In this document: positions 18,950 through 29,958 of the stretch, one piece after another | Layout: every line of letters begins with the position of its first letter | Position numbering within the stretch: position 1 is the stretch's first letter | Source of the DNA: an uncultured Actinomycetota bacterium | GTDB taxonomy: Bacteria > Actinomycetota > Actinomycetes > JAFAQI01 | Assembly: GCA_963835405.1 (NCBI GenBank) | Contig: CAWIFV010000009.1 | Location: 221,221 to 285,220, forward strand | Direction: 5' to 3' | Length of the DNA: 64,000 nucleotides | The notes under the pieces: model-generated | What the model was told of the DNA's origin: nothing | What the model saw: the letters and a program-made list of their open reading frames with translations, nothing else | Database searches by the model: none | Translations under genes and position numbers: made by a program

Positions 18950-20257
18950 ATGACGTCCACGGCTGACGCCGTCGTCGTCGGCGCGGGGGTGATCGGCGCC
19001 GCGACGGCGTACGAGCTGGCCCGCGCCGGTCGCCGCGTCGTCGTCGTCGACAAGCTCGGCGGTCCGGGTCAGGGGTCGACGAGCGCCTCCAGTGCGGTCG
19101 TGCGCTTCAACTACTCCACGCATGCCGGCGTGGCGACGGCGTGGGAGGCGAAGCACTGGTGGGAGCACTTCGCGGACCACCTCGGCGCGGCGGACGCGAG
19201 CGTGACTGCGCGTTTCCACCGGACCGGGCTGGTGATGCTGGACGTCCCGGTGGCTCCTGCCGCACGCTCTGCTGCCCTGCTCGCCACGGTCGGCGTACCG
19301 CACGAGGTGTGGGATCCCGCCACGCTGGCCGCACGCGTTCCCGGCATCGACCCCGGCCGGTACGGTCCGCCCAAGCGGCTGGAGGATGAGGCGTTCTGGT
19401 CCGCCGCGTCGGACGAGCTCGGCGCCTTGTTCATGCCGGACGCAGGGTTCGTCGACGACCCGCAGCTGGCTGCCGTCAACCTTGCGGATGCCGGCCGGCG
19501 CGCCGGGGTGGAGTTCCGGTTCCGGCGCGAGGTGACGCAGGTCCGCCGTAGCGGCGGCCGGGCTGCGGGCGTCACCCTGGACGACGGCACGTCCATCGAG
19601 TCGCCGGTCGTCGTCAACGTCGCCGGCCCCTGGTCGGGCGCGCTCAACGGGCTCGCCGGTGTGGGTGACGACTTCACCGTCGACGTCCGCCCACTGCGCC
19701 AGGAGGTGCACCACGTCACCGCCCCTGCGTCCTACTCGTCGGCCGACCGACTGGGGCCCGTCGTCGCCGACCTCGACCTCGGGACCTACTTCCGGGCGGC
19801 TCCCGGCGGCTCGATGCTCATCGGCGGCACCGAACCCGAGTGCGACGTCCTGCAATGGGTCGACGACCCCGACGACGCCGGTCCGCACGTCACCACGCAG
19901 CTGTTCGAAGCGCAGGTGACACGGGCGGCCAGGCGCCTGCCCGGCCTTGCCGTGCCCGGCACCCCACGGGGAGTTGCGGGCGTGTACGACGTCGCGACCG
20001 ACTGGACCCCGATCTACGACCGGACAGCGCTCGACGGCTTCTACGTCGCCATCGGCACCAGCGGCAACCAGTTCAAGAACGCGCCGTTGGTCGGTCGGCT
20101 GATGACGGTTCTCATCGAGGCGGTGGAGGCCGGCCACGACCACGACCATGACCCGGTGCGCTACGTCGGCGACCACACGGGCTTGGCGATCGACCTCGGC
20201 GCGTTCTCCCGGCGTCGCACTGTGAACACCGCATCGACGAGGACCGTGATCGGCTGA
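18950..20257 (+). CDS. FAD-dependent oxidoreductase (DAO / sarcosine-oxidase-beta-like family)
   Basis: It has an N-terminal dinucleotide-binding motif (DAVVVGAGVIGAATAYELARAGRRVVVVD). Confidence 0.8.
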   Translation: MTSTADAVVVGAGVIGAATAYELARAGRRVVVVDKLGGPGQGSTSASSAVVRFNYSTHAGVATAWEAKHWWEHFADHLGAADASVTARFHRTGLVMLDVPVAPAARSAALLATVGVPHEVWDPATLAARVPGIDPGRYGPPKRLEDEAFWSAASDELGALFMPDAGFVDDPQLAAVNLADAGRRAGVEFRFRREVTQVRRSGGRAAGVTLDDGTSIESPVVVNVAGPWSGALNGLAGVGDDFTVDVRPLRQEVHHVTAPASYSSADRLGPVVADLDLGTYFRAAPGGSMLIGGTEPECDVLQWVDDPDDAGPHVTTQLFEAQVTRAARRLPGLAVPGTPRGVAGVYDVATDWTPIYDRTALDGFYVAIGTSGNQFKNAPLVGRLMTVLIEAVEAGHDHDHDPVRYVGDHTGLAIDLGAFSRRRTVNTASTRTVIG

Positions 20258-20259
20258 CC

Positions 20260-20306
20260 CCAGGTCGAGCGGGCCGGCCAGGCCACGGACGGATAGCTCG
20301 ACCTGG
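20260..20306 (+). terminator. hairpin with a perfect 11-bp stem (CCAGGTCGAGC ... GCTCGACCTGG) and 25-nt loop, followed by CTACTTTCGG
   Basis: I verified the pairing by hand. It begins 3 nt after the stop codon at 20257. Confidence 0.5.
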
Positions 20307-20422
20307 CTACTTTCGGACAGTTTCATCGAATCGGGGGCATTCGGGACCGCTAGGGCCGATCATCGGAAGATGGCTCTTGACGTTACGGCCATGGGCACCC
20401 GGCGCACGGTGAGCCGTCGGTG

Positions 20423-20992
20423 ATGAGCGACGTGGCCCAAGCGGCGAGGCCGTGCGCGGGCTGTCTGGGATCGGGCAGGTGCTGGGTCTGCCTCGGCACC
20501 GGCTACGCGGTCCCGGAGAGCCTCACCGGCATCTGCTCCCGCTGCCAAGGCACCCGACGATGCCACCTCTGCGCGGGCTCGGCCGCGCGCGGACCCGGCA
20601 GTGCCACCGCCACCACCGGACCGGTGGGCCCGAGGCGGGTGCTGGTCGTCGACGACGAAACGGACATCCTCGACCTGCTCGGGCTGTGGCTGCAGGACGA
20701 TCCACGGTGTGCGGCGGTCAGCACCACGACCAGCGCCGAGGAGGCGTTGCTGATCCTGGCCGAGGAGCCCGTCGACGTGATCGTCTGTGACTTCCAGCTC
20801 GTCGGCGCGTCCAGCGACCAGTATCTGCCCGGGTTCCGCTCGGCCTGTCCGCACGCACGGATCGTCGTCCATACCGCTGACACCACGGCTGCCTACGCGG
20901 CCAGGGTGGTTGAACGCGGCGCCGACCTGGTGCTCGAGAAAGGCCGGTCGACGTTGCAGCACGTCGTCGACGTCGTACTCGACCCAGCGTGA
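20423..20992 (+). CDS. stand-alone response-regulator receiver domain with an N-terminal 8-Cys (DnaJ-type CxxCxGxG) zinc-finger module
   Basis: The N-terminus reads CAGCLGSGRCWVCLGTG ... CSRCQGTRRCHLCAGS. The receiver domain is recognisable (RVLVVDDETD, VIVCDFQL, VVHTAD, LEKG). There is no output domain. Confidence 0.7.
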   Translation: MSDVAQAARPCAGCLGSGRCWVCLGTGYAVPESLTGICSRCQGTRRCHLCAGSAARGPGSATATTGPVGPRRVLVVDDETDILDLLGLWLQDDPRCAAVSTTTSAEEALLILAEEPVDVIVCDFQLVGASSDQYLPGFRSACPHARIVVHTADTTAAYAARVVERGADLVLEKGRSTLQHVVDVVLDPA

Positions 20993-21387
20993 CTCCTCCC
21001 TTCGAGCGCCCGCCGAGGCCCCCGGGCCGGCCCGGCTGGGCTATGGCCACCTCGTCCTGGCACGCGCACATTCGAGGTGAGCGGCCGTCGTCTGCCCCCG
21101 TGGACGGCGGTCGCCCCGCACTGCGCCGCGTTCGGGTCATGCGAGCGTCGGGGCGGCCCGCATAGGGACCTAGGTCCCGAGCGCCGGCGGACGACGGACG
21201 ACGGCTGCACAGATCGGGTCATTCGCCTCTGGCGCGACCGCTGCACCCGAGAATGATCGGGCGTGGGCCCACCCGAGGTTCGGGGGGCCGGCAGTGTCGG
21301 TGGATTGCCACCTGCGCGCGTCAGCGCGACACCGATCGGTGCCGAAGCACGCGCGCCGTCGGCATCCGGGATAGGCAGGTGCTCGAC

Positions 21388-21672
21388 ATGACAGTGACCC
21401 TCGAGCTGTACGAGCAGGCGGAGCGCGAGATCTCGATGCGCGAGGCCAGGATCGGGCTGACGGTTCACGCGATCGTCACGGCGGTCGTGTGGGCGGCACT
21501 GATCCCTGTGAACGTCTTCGTCGCGCCGGACTTCCCCTGGTCCGCGTTCGTCGTCTTCGGCATGGGCGTCGGGCTGTTCTTCCACTGGTTCGGCTACCGC
21601 CGGGCCGAAGCCGACATCCGTAGCCGGCAGAGCCGCATCGAAGCCCGCGCCCGTGAAGCGCTGCGCATCTGA
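21388..21672 (+). CDS. small two-transmembrane-helix protein (2TM-domain-like)
   Basis: The 94-aa product from ATG 21388 has two hydrophobic helices flanked by charged termini. The ORF is open from 21253. Confidence 0.5.
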   Translation: MTVTLELYEQAEREISMREARIGLTVHAIVTAVVWAALIPVNVFVAPDFPWSAFVVFGMGVGLFFHWFGYRRAEADIRSRQSRIEARAREALRI

Positions 21673-21742
21673 ACCGACGCACCGCGAACACCAGCCGGGG
21701 TGCGCACCGGCCGGCACGCGGACCTGAGGGGAGCTGGACCTG

Positions 21743-22465
21743 ATGCCCGTTCCTGCGCATGAGGCGGTGTGGTGGGGATCTCTGTTGTGGCTCGTCGGCG
21801 TGAGTTCCGTCGCGTTCCTCGTCGCGTGGTTGACCGGGACCCGCCTGCACATCCGGCGCGGCGTCTACGTCCCGATCCTGCTCGCCGTGACCGCCGGCCT
21901 GGCCGTCGGCTACGTCGCCTGGCTCGGCGTCGGGTTCGCCGACGTCGCGAGCGCGCGCTGGGGCTGGGGAGTCCTCGCGGCCGTCATCGTGCCAATCCTG
22001 CTGTGGAAGCCGATCACCCACCAGCCCGTCGACCGTCACGTCGAAGGACGTCGGCTGCGCTGGGAGCTGTTCTGGGAAGGTGGCGTCTACGGCGTCGCCG
22101 AGGGTGTCCTGCTGTCCGCGCTCCCGCCGTTCATCGCCTGGCAGATGGTCCACTCACTCGGTTGGAGCGGCGCCGGCGGCGGGCTGGCCCGATGGGCACT
22201 ACCGATCGTCGCCGCCGCGGCCGTCGTGGTCATCCATCACCTCGGCTACTGGAACTGCCGCAACAAGATCCTGATCCCGATCACGCTCGCCCTGTCCGTG
22301 CTGACCGTGGGGTTCCTCGTCACGGGGAGCTGGATCGCACCGGCCCTCGGACACGTCTTCATGCACTTCGAGGCCACCATTCACGGCGTCGAGATGCCGC
22401 CGGTCGAACGCAGAACGCCGACGCAGCGCGAGATGGTCCAACCGGCCCTCGTCACCGTCGCCTGA
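21743..22465 (+). CDS. polytopic membrane protein, function unknown
   Basis: The 240-aa ORF has about 6 hydrophobic segments. Confidence 0.55.
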   Translation: MPVPAHEAVWWGSLLWLVGVSSVAFLVAWLTGTRLHIRRGVYVPILLAVTAGLAVGYVAWLGVGFADVASARWGWGVLAAVIVPILLWKPITHQPVDRHVEGRRLRWELFWEGGVYGVAEGVLLSALPPFIAWQMVHSLGWSGAGGGLARWALPIVAAAAVVVIHHLGYWNCRNKILIPITLALSVLTVGFLVTGSWIAPALGHVFMHFEATIHGVEMPPVERRTPTQREMVQPALVTVA

Positions 22466-23416
22466 AGGACGCGACACCAACGCATGCCGGAGCACCTCGG
22501 CGATCACCTGCACGGCGGGTACGGCGGCGGAACATAGTCGCGGCACGGACAGGAACCCGTGCGGCATCCGCGGATGGTTCACATGCCGCACCGGCACTCC
22601 TGCCGCGCGCAGCCGCGTCGCATAGGCAATCCCCTCGTCCCGGAGGACGTCACGGTCGGCGGTGACGACCAGGGCGGGCGGCAGGCCGGCCAGGTCATCG
22701 GCGGCGAGCGGGCTGACCAGCGGCCGGTCCCAGCCATCGGGCCCAACGTACCACTCGAGCATCAACCGACCGGCCGCGACGTCCAGGCCGGCGCCGGCGC
22801 AGGTCTGCCAGGACTCCGAGCTCAGAGTGGAGTCGAGGAACGGGTAGATGAGCGTCTGGTGCCGGATGGCCGGCGCGTCCCCGGCGCGCGCGACGAGGGT
22901 GAGCGCGGCGGTGAGGTTGCCACCGGCGCTGTCCCCGGCGACGGCGATGCGGTCCGGGTCGACACCGGAGAGGCCGCCGTCGGCCAGCCAGCGCAGCGCG
23001 TCGGCGCAGTCGTCGAGAGCGGCCGGGAACGGGTCCTCGGGAGCGAGCCGATAGCCGACCGCGATCACGACGTACGACGTGCGGGCAGCGATCTCGGCGC
23101 ACAACCAGTCGCACCCGGCGAGACCACCAAGGACGAAGCCGCCACCGTGCAGGTAGAGCACAGCCGGGCCCTCGACGGCGCCCGGCGGCCGGTGCACGCG
23201 CACGCGCAACGAGCCGCCGCGGCTGTCGATGACCTGCTCGGTGCTCGTCACGCCGGCCGGCCGGCGCCGCTGCGTCCACCACGGCGGTCGGAACTCCTGT
23301 CGCAGCGCAGCCGGCTTGGCGATCATCTTCGCGGGGTCGGCGAGGCCGAGCCGCCGGGCGAGCCCGTTGGCGGCGTTGAGCGTCCGCACGCCCACCGGTA
23401 GTCCGTCGCGCCGCAC
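22199..23416 (-). CDS. alpha/beta hydrolase, hormone-sensitive-lipase-type esterase
   Basis: It carries the HGGGF oxyanion motif (LYLHGGGFVLGG), YRLAPE and the nucleophile elbow GDSAGG. The recognisable fold ends near 22478. The last 92 codons run antisense through the convergent membrane-protein gene, so the 3' end is uncertain. Confidence 0.75.
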   Translation of the reverse strand: MRRDGLPVGVRTLNAANGLARRLGLADPAKMIAKPAALRQEFRPPWWTQRRRPAGVTSTEQVIDSRGGSLRVRVHRPPGAVEGPAVLYLHGGGFVLGGLAGCDWLCAEIAARTSYVVIAVGYRLAPEDPFPAALDDCADALRWLADGGLSGVDPDRIAVAGDSAGGNLTAALTLVARAGDAPAIRHQTLIYPFLDSTLSSESWQTCAGAGLDVAAGRLMLEWYVGPDGWDRPLVSPLAADDLAGLPPALVVTADRDVLRDEGIAYATRLRAAGVPVRHVNHPRMPHGFLSVPRLCSAAVPAVQVIAEVLRHALVSRPSGDGDEGRLDHLALRRRSAFDRRHLDAVNGGLEVHEDVSEGRCDPAPRDEEPHGQHGQGERDRDQDLVAAVPVAEVMDDHDGRGGDDR

Positions 23417-23418
23417 GG

Positions 23419-24690
23419 TCAGCCCCGCCCCGCGGCAGCGTAGAGGGATCGGACCAGCCGGGCGCCCTCCGCCGGTGTGCCGGCCAGCTCACTGCGGACG
23501 TACGCCACCGCGATGCCGTTGTCCGGGTCGGCGAAGGTCAGCTGGCCCCCCGCACCCTCCGCGCCGTAGGCCCGCGGGTTGGGGCCGAAGTGCGGCAGCT
23601 CACGCGGGGGCATGAGGTTGGTGAGGTAGCCGAGCGTGCGGCCGACCGGCCGCGCGAGCAACTTGCCGACGACCGGGATGCGGAGGTCGACGAGGAGCTC
23701 GTCCGGTGCGCGGACGACCTCGGTCGACCACAGCCGGACGATCTCCGGCGACAGGATCCGGACACCGTCGAGTTCGCCACCGGCGGCGAGCATCGCGTAG
23801 AGCCGGGCCAGCGACCGCGCGGTCGCGGTCGCGTTGCCCGCAGGGATCTCGGCGGACAGCACCTCCTGGTGGCGGAAGAAGTCCTCGGCGCGATCGACGA
23901 TCGTCAGACCCTCGTGGGCGAGGAAAGCCTTGCCGGACAGCGTCGCCGGATCGGCGACCTTGCGCTGGATCCACGGGTAGGCGAGCCGCATCGGCAGGGG
24001 CATCGACTCGCGCATCCGGTTGACGACGTGTGCCACCCGGGGCTGCTCCGCGACCGGTGTACCGAGATGGACGTCGAGCCCCAGTGGCATGACGACCTCC
24101 TGATGGAGGAACCGGCCGATCGTGAGACCGGTGATCCGGCGAACGACCTCACCGACGAGCCAGCCGACGCTCATCGCGTGGTAGCCGGAGCGGGTGCCCG
24201 GCTCCCAGCACGGCTCCGCCGCGGCGAGGCCGGCCGCGATCGCGTCGTAGTCGTTCCAACCGGCGCCGTCCCAGCGGAGCAGGGCCGAGTGCTCCGGCCA
24301 CCACAGCACCCCGGCGGTGTGGGTGAGGACCTGCCGGACCGTCACGTCCCGTTTGCCGGCCTGGGCGAACTCCGGCCAGTAATCCGCGACGCGTGCGTCC
24401 ACGTCGAGCAGCCCCCGGTCGGCGAGCACCTGGGCGGCCAACGCGACGAGCCCCTTCGACACCGACATGAGGACGGTCAGGGTGTCCCCCGTCCATGCCT
24501 CACCGGCGCGCGCAGTGCCGCCCCACAGGTCCACGACCGGCCGGCCGTCGACGTACGCCGCGAACGCGCCCCCACCGACGCCGAGCCGCGGGATCCGGCG
24601 GGCGAACTCGTCGCGGACGTCCTCGTAGCCGGGCACCACCCAGCCACCGATCGTCGCCGAGCTGCCGGGTCGTTGGTCGATAGCGGTCAT
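23419..24690 (-). CDS. serine hydrolase (beta-lactamase / class C-like esterase family)
   Basis: It carries the SxxK motif (SVSKGLVA). ATG 24690 has a GGGGAGAGG Shine-Dalgarno sequence and overlaps the upstream stop (ATGA). Confidence 0.8.
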   Translation of the reverse strand: MTAIDQRPGSSATIGGWVVPGYEDVRDEFARRIPRLGVGGGAFAAYVDGRPVVDLWGGTARAGEAWTGDTLTVLMSVSKGLVALAAQVLADRGLLDVDARVADYWPEFAQAGKRDVTVRQVLTHTAGVLWWPEHSALLRWDGAGWNDYDAIAAGLAAAEPCWEPGTRSGYHAMSVGWLVGEVVRRITGLTIGRFLHQEVVMPLGLDVHLGTPVAEQPRVAHVVNRMRESMPLPMRLAYPWIQRKVADPATLSGKAFLAHEGLTIVDRAEDFFRHQEVLSAEIPAGNATATARSLARLYAMLAAGGELDGVRILSPEIVRLWSTEVVRAPDELLVDLRIPVVGKLLARPVGRTLGYLTNLMPPRELPHFGPNPRAYGAEGAGGQLTFADPDNGIAVAYVRSELAGTPAEGARLVRSLYAAAGRG

Positions 24691-25535
24691 GGCCTCTCCC
24701 CGCAGCATCCGATCAGTGCCGTCACGAGCCGCTGAGCGTGGTCGTCGAGGTCGATGCCGCCGACCTCGGACGCTCGCCGCAGCCGGTAGCGCAGCGTGTT
24801 GGGGTGCACCCGCAGCTCCCCGGCCGTCGGCGCTGTCTCCTGGTTGTTGCGCAGCCACGTGGTCACCGATCGCAGCAGGTCACTGCCCTGGCGGTCGTCG
24901 GCCTCGGCGAGCGCGGCGACCGGGTTGCCGACCGGCAAGGCGGCGGGCAGCGCCTCGACGAGCCGGGCGAGCGTGACCTCCGCCCAGACCTCGTCCACGC
25001 AGAGCAGGCCGGTACCTCGCCGGCCGGCGAGGACCGCGGCGTCGACGGCGTCCCGGGTGGCCGCGGGAAGGTCGGCGATGCCGGTCAGCCGGGCGCTGAT
25101 CCCAGCCGTCACGGCGAGATCGGCGGCCGACTGCCGGCAGGCGTCGAGGGCGATGCGCCGGGCGGCCGGGAGAGCACGGTCGGCACCGGCTCGCCGCGGC
25201 GAGCCGCGCAGCACCGCGACGGCGTGCCCGGCGGAAGTCGTGATGGCGACGACGTCGCGGTCGTTCTCCAGCGCCACTGTCGCGAGCCGACCCGACCTGG
25301 CATCCGGACGGCTGATCGCGACCACCCGGCCGCCGGTGACAGCAGCGTCCAGGACCTGAGCGTCACCGGGCGACGCGGACCGGGCCAGCACGCGGGTCAG
25401 CGCCGCATCGGCCGGCCGTCGTACAGCGGTCTCCCCCTCGCCGGCCAGCAACGCCTCGACGCAGTCGGTGAGCGTCGCGAGTGCTCGGCGCAGCTCCGCG
25501 CTGTCACCGGACGGAGCGGGAAACGTGATCGTCAT
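24687..25535 (-). CDS. PucR/CdaR-like transcriptional regulator (C-terminal HTH)
   Basis: The C-terminal segment TAGELRVHPNTLRYRLRRASEVGGIDL is typical of PucR-type HTH domains. The ATGA start overlaps the upstream lipoprotein stop. Confidence 0.7.
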   Translation of the reverse strand: MTITFPAPSGDSAELRRALATLTDCVEALLAGEGETAVRRPADAALTRVLARSASPGDAQVLDAAVTGGRVVAISRPDARSGRLATVALENDRDVVAITTSAGHAVAVLRGSPRRAGADRALPAARRIALDACRQSAADLAVTAGISARLTGIADLPAATRDAVDAAVLAGRRGTGLLCVDEVWAEVTLARLVEALPAALPVGNPVAALAEADDRQGSDLLRSVTTWLRNNQETAPTAGELRVHPNTLRYRLRRASEVGGIDLDDHAQRLVTALIGCCGERP

Positions 25536-27031
25536 GGCATCGGATAGGTGCGGCCGACGTACCGGAAGCAGGAGCAGGCGTCGCGCCACACGACGTGCCG
25601 GTAGACCCGCGGGACGTTGTTGCGCCACGCTGGCCGGAACGACGAGGCACCGTCGTAGTTGAGCGTGCTGAGGAAGTCGCCGACCTTTCCAGCCCACCGA
25701 TGACGGTCGCGCCGGCACTGCCACCGCCGACCTGTAGTGCCCGCTCGTAGACGAAGAGCGACTCGCAGGCGCTGTAGGCGAAGCCGAAGTCGGCGGCCGA
25801 ACGCGGCACTATCCCCTGGGACTCGAGCAGCCCGAGGCAGCGGCGCTGCGTCGCATTGGGCTTCGAGTACTGCGCAGGCGTGACGTCCTGGCTCTCCAGC
25901 CACCCGTAGCCGTGGACGTTGCGCAGCTGGCTGGTGGGCGCCTGGCCGATCTGGATGGCCAGGTTGGCGAGCGAGGAGACGATCCACGTGGGGTGATAGC
26001 CCTGGGACTCCGCAGCCTCGCTCAGGACCAGGAGCGCCGGCCCTTCGGAGACCGTGAAGAACGTGATGCGGTCGACACCCTTGCTGCGATAGGTGAGCAT
26101 GGCGTTGCCCGCCGAGCTCACCGCGTTGGCCGTGCTCGCGTTGTTACCCGTGCCGCAGCCATAGTCCTGCACCGCCGCGACGTTGATGTGTGCTTGTTTC
26201 AGGTAGGGCTCGATCGTGGTCTTCCAGGCGTGCTGCGTGCCGGGGCAGTCGTCGACGAGCACGCCGAGCTTGTTCTGCGGGGTGAGCACGCCCGTGGCCA
26301 TCGCGCCCTGGATCTTGGCGATCGACCGTTCGTCGATGGTCGGCGTCTCGAGCGCCCAGAACAGCGGCCACTGCCGGAGCTCGGCGTTGTCGGGGATGTT
26401 GAACGACGTCGTGAGGTGCGGGATCCCCGCACGGGCGAGGCAGGACTCGAAGTTGCGCTGGTAGTCGAAGGCGTAGCCGAGGACGACCTGCACGTGGTCG
26501 TCCTGGGTGAACGCGGCGCAGGCCGCCTCGAAGTCGGTCGACCAGTTGGTGGTCCCGGTATCGGTCTTGGCATAGACCGGCACGATCTTGCGGCCGTTCA
26601 GGCCACCGCGCCGGTTCATCGCGCGGACCAGCGCCTCGTCGACGTCACGCTCGTCGTAGGTGTTGCCGAGACTGATGCCGAAGTCATCGGCGTTGCTGAC
26701 GCCGGTGAGCAGCATCCCGACCTTGATCGGCCCATGGGTCGAATTCGCCGCCGGCGGTGGCACGCCGACGGTCACGGGCGCGGCAGGGCCACGCGAGGCG
26801 TCGACGCGGGGAGCACCAGCGCCGGTCGTCGCGCCCGGCGCGACGGCGTCGTGACCCATCCCGTCGCCCGTCGACGATGCCGCGCCCGATCCGCCCGGCG
26901 CGGCGCTCACCCCGCCCTCGACGGCGCCCGGCGCCGCCAGCCCGGAACCGGCGAGCGACGCCGTCCCCGTCGCCTGGATCGTGCTGCCGCAGCCGGCGGT
27001 GAGGGCGAGCGCGGCAACCGCGAGCAGCGGC

Positions 27032-27039
<8 letters not shown>
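25532..27039 (-). pseudogene. binding-protein-like lipoprotein (paralog family, copy 1) with one frame change near the 3' end
   Basis: It has a lipobox (LALTAGC). The body is alignable with the copy at 33179-34720. At about 25690 the reading frame breaks where the paralog reads GLGKVG: CTGGAAAG is present where CTGGGAAAG would restore the frame. The conserved tail WRDACSCFRYVGRTYPMP lies in the other frame. Confidence 0.75.
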
Positions 27040-28583
<1,544 letters not shown>

Positions 28584-28622
28584 CTGGGCCCCCTTCGCCA
28601 CGGTGCGGTGGCGTCCCGGTTG

Positions 28623-28650
28623 CGGTACTGAACTGCAGGTGACGGTACCG
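28623..28650. promoter_or_regulatory. dyad CGGTAC-N16-GTACCG (site C), candidate TetR operator
   Basis: Read directly. It lies 40-67 nt upstream of the acyl-CoA synthetase start at 28583, in a 110-nt intergenic region. Confidence 0.55.
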
Positions 28651-28692
28651 TGCCGAAACGGGGTGTCAAGGGACGTACGCCGCACATCGGCG

Positions 28693-29955
28693 TCAGCACA
28701 CGCAGGCGTAGACCGCGCCGATGAGGTCGGCCGGCGGTATCGCCGCGCCGGGCGTCCAGTCGGTGACGACATGGGCGATGCTCAGCCGGGTGGCGGGGTC
28801 GCCGAGGACCCACTGCCCGCCGTAACCACCGGAACCGAACGCCTCGCGGTGCGGGCCCAACGCCCAGCGGCCACGCGCCTTGTGGTTGGGCACGAGTCCG
28901 AGGCCGGTGGGGACGGGGGGCACCGCGAACCGCAGCGACCGGGGCAGCGCCGTGCGCATGACCGCGTCGCGGCCGCGGACCTGCTCGGTCGCCATCGCGC
29001 GCACCGTCTCCGGTCGCAGCACGCCCACCCCGTCTAGCGACCCGCCGCCGGCCAACGCCGCGAAGAGCCGCGCGAGCGATCCGGCCGTTGCGACACCGTT
29101 GCTCGCCGGGACCTCCGCGGCGAGGAACTCCGGGTGCCGCAGCAGCTCGGGTGCCCGCTCGAGGATGTTCGTCCGCCCGTCGGCGAGCAGTGCCGTCCCG
29201 GCCAGGGTCCCCGGGTCGCGGCTGCGCCGGGCGGCAGCCGACGCGAGCAAGCGCGCCGGCCAGGGCCCGGCCTTCGGGTCGGGTGGCCAGACGTCGGCGA
29301 CCAGCGCCCGGTCGGCCTCGCCGGTGCCGAGCACACAACGCAGCCCGAGCGGGCCTGCGACATCGTCGCGGAAGTGCTCCCCCACCGTGCGGCCGCTGGC
29401 CCGGCGGACCACCTCGTTGACGAGCCAACCGAAGCTCACGGCGTGGTAGCCGTGCCGGGTGCCCGGCGGCCAGGCCGGCCGGGCGGCGGCCAGCCCGCGG
29501 GCGATGGCTGCGTCGTCGCCCCACCCCGCGGCGTCGGTGAGCAGCGCCTGCTGGCCGTCGAAGCCGAGCACCCCGGCCGAGTGGAGCAGCAGGTGGCGCA
29601 GCGTCACCGCGTCCTTGCCATGGGCGGCGAACTCCGGCCACCACGCCACGATCGGGGTGTCGAGGTCGAGCGTGCCGGCTTCGACGAGGCGGTGGACGAC
29701 GATCGCCGCCCAGCTCTTCGTCACCGAGGCGACCGGGGCGAGCGTCGCTTCCGTCCACGGCCGATCGGGGGCGGCCCAGCCGCCCCACACGTCGAGCACG
29801 GACTCGCCGTCGACGTAGACGGCGACCGCGCCACCGCCCCGGCCGAACGGCCGCGCCCGGTCGCGCAACAGCGCGGCGACCGGCTCCATGAGCGGCGTCA
29901 CGACGCCGGACAGTCCCGAGCCGACGTCGCCCGCCGCGCGGGAGCCGAGGGTCAT
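28693..29955 (-). CDS. serine hydrolase (beta-lactamase family), second copy
   Basis: It carries the SxxK motif (SVTKSWAA) and resembles the hydrolase at 23419-24690 overall. Confidence 0.8.
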   Translation of the reverse strand: MTLGSRAAGDVGSGLSGVVTPLMEPVAALLRDRARPFGRGGGAVAVYVDGESVLDVWGGWAAPDRPWTEATLAPVASVTKSWAAIVVHRLVEAGTLDLDTPIVAWWPEFAAHGKDAVTLRHLLLHSAGVLGFDGQQALLTDAAGWGDDAAIARGLAAARPAWPPGTRHGYHAVSFGWLVNEVVRRASGRTVGEHFRDDVAGPLGLRCVLGTGEADRALVADVWPPDPKAGPWPARLLASAAARRSRDPGTLAGTALLADGRTNILERAPELLRHPEFLAAEVPASNGVATAGSLARLFAALAGGGSLDGVGVLRPETVRAMATEQVRGRDAVMRTALPRSLRFAVPPVPTGLGLVPNHKARGRWALGPHREAFGSGGYGGQWVLGDPATRLSIAHVVTDWTPGAAIPPADLIGAVYACVC

Positions 29956-29958
29956 CGC

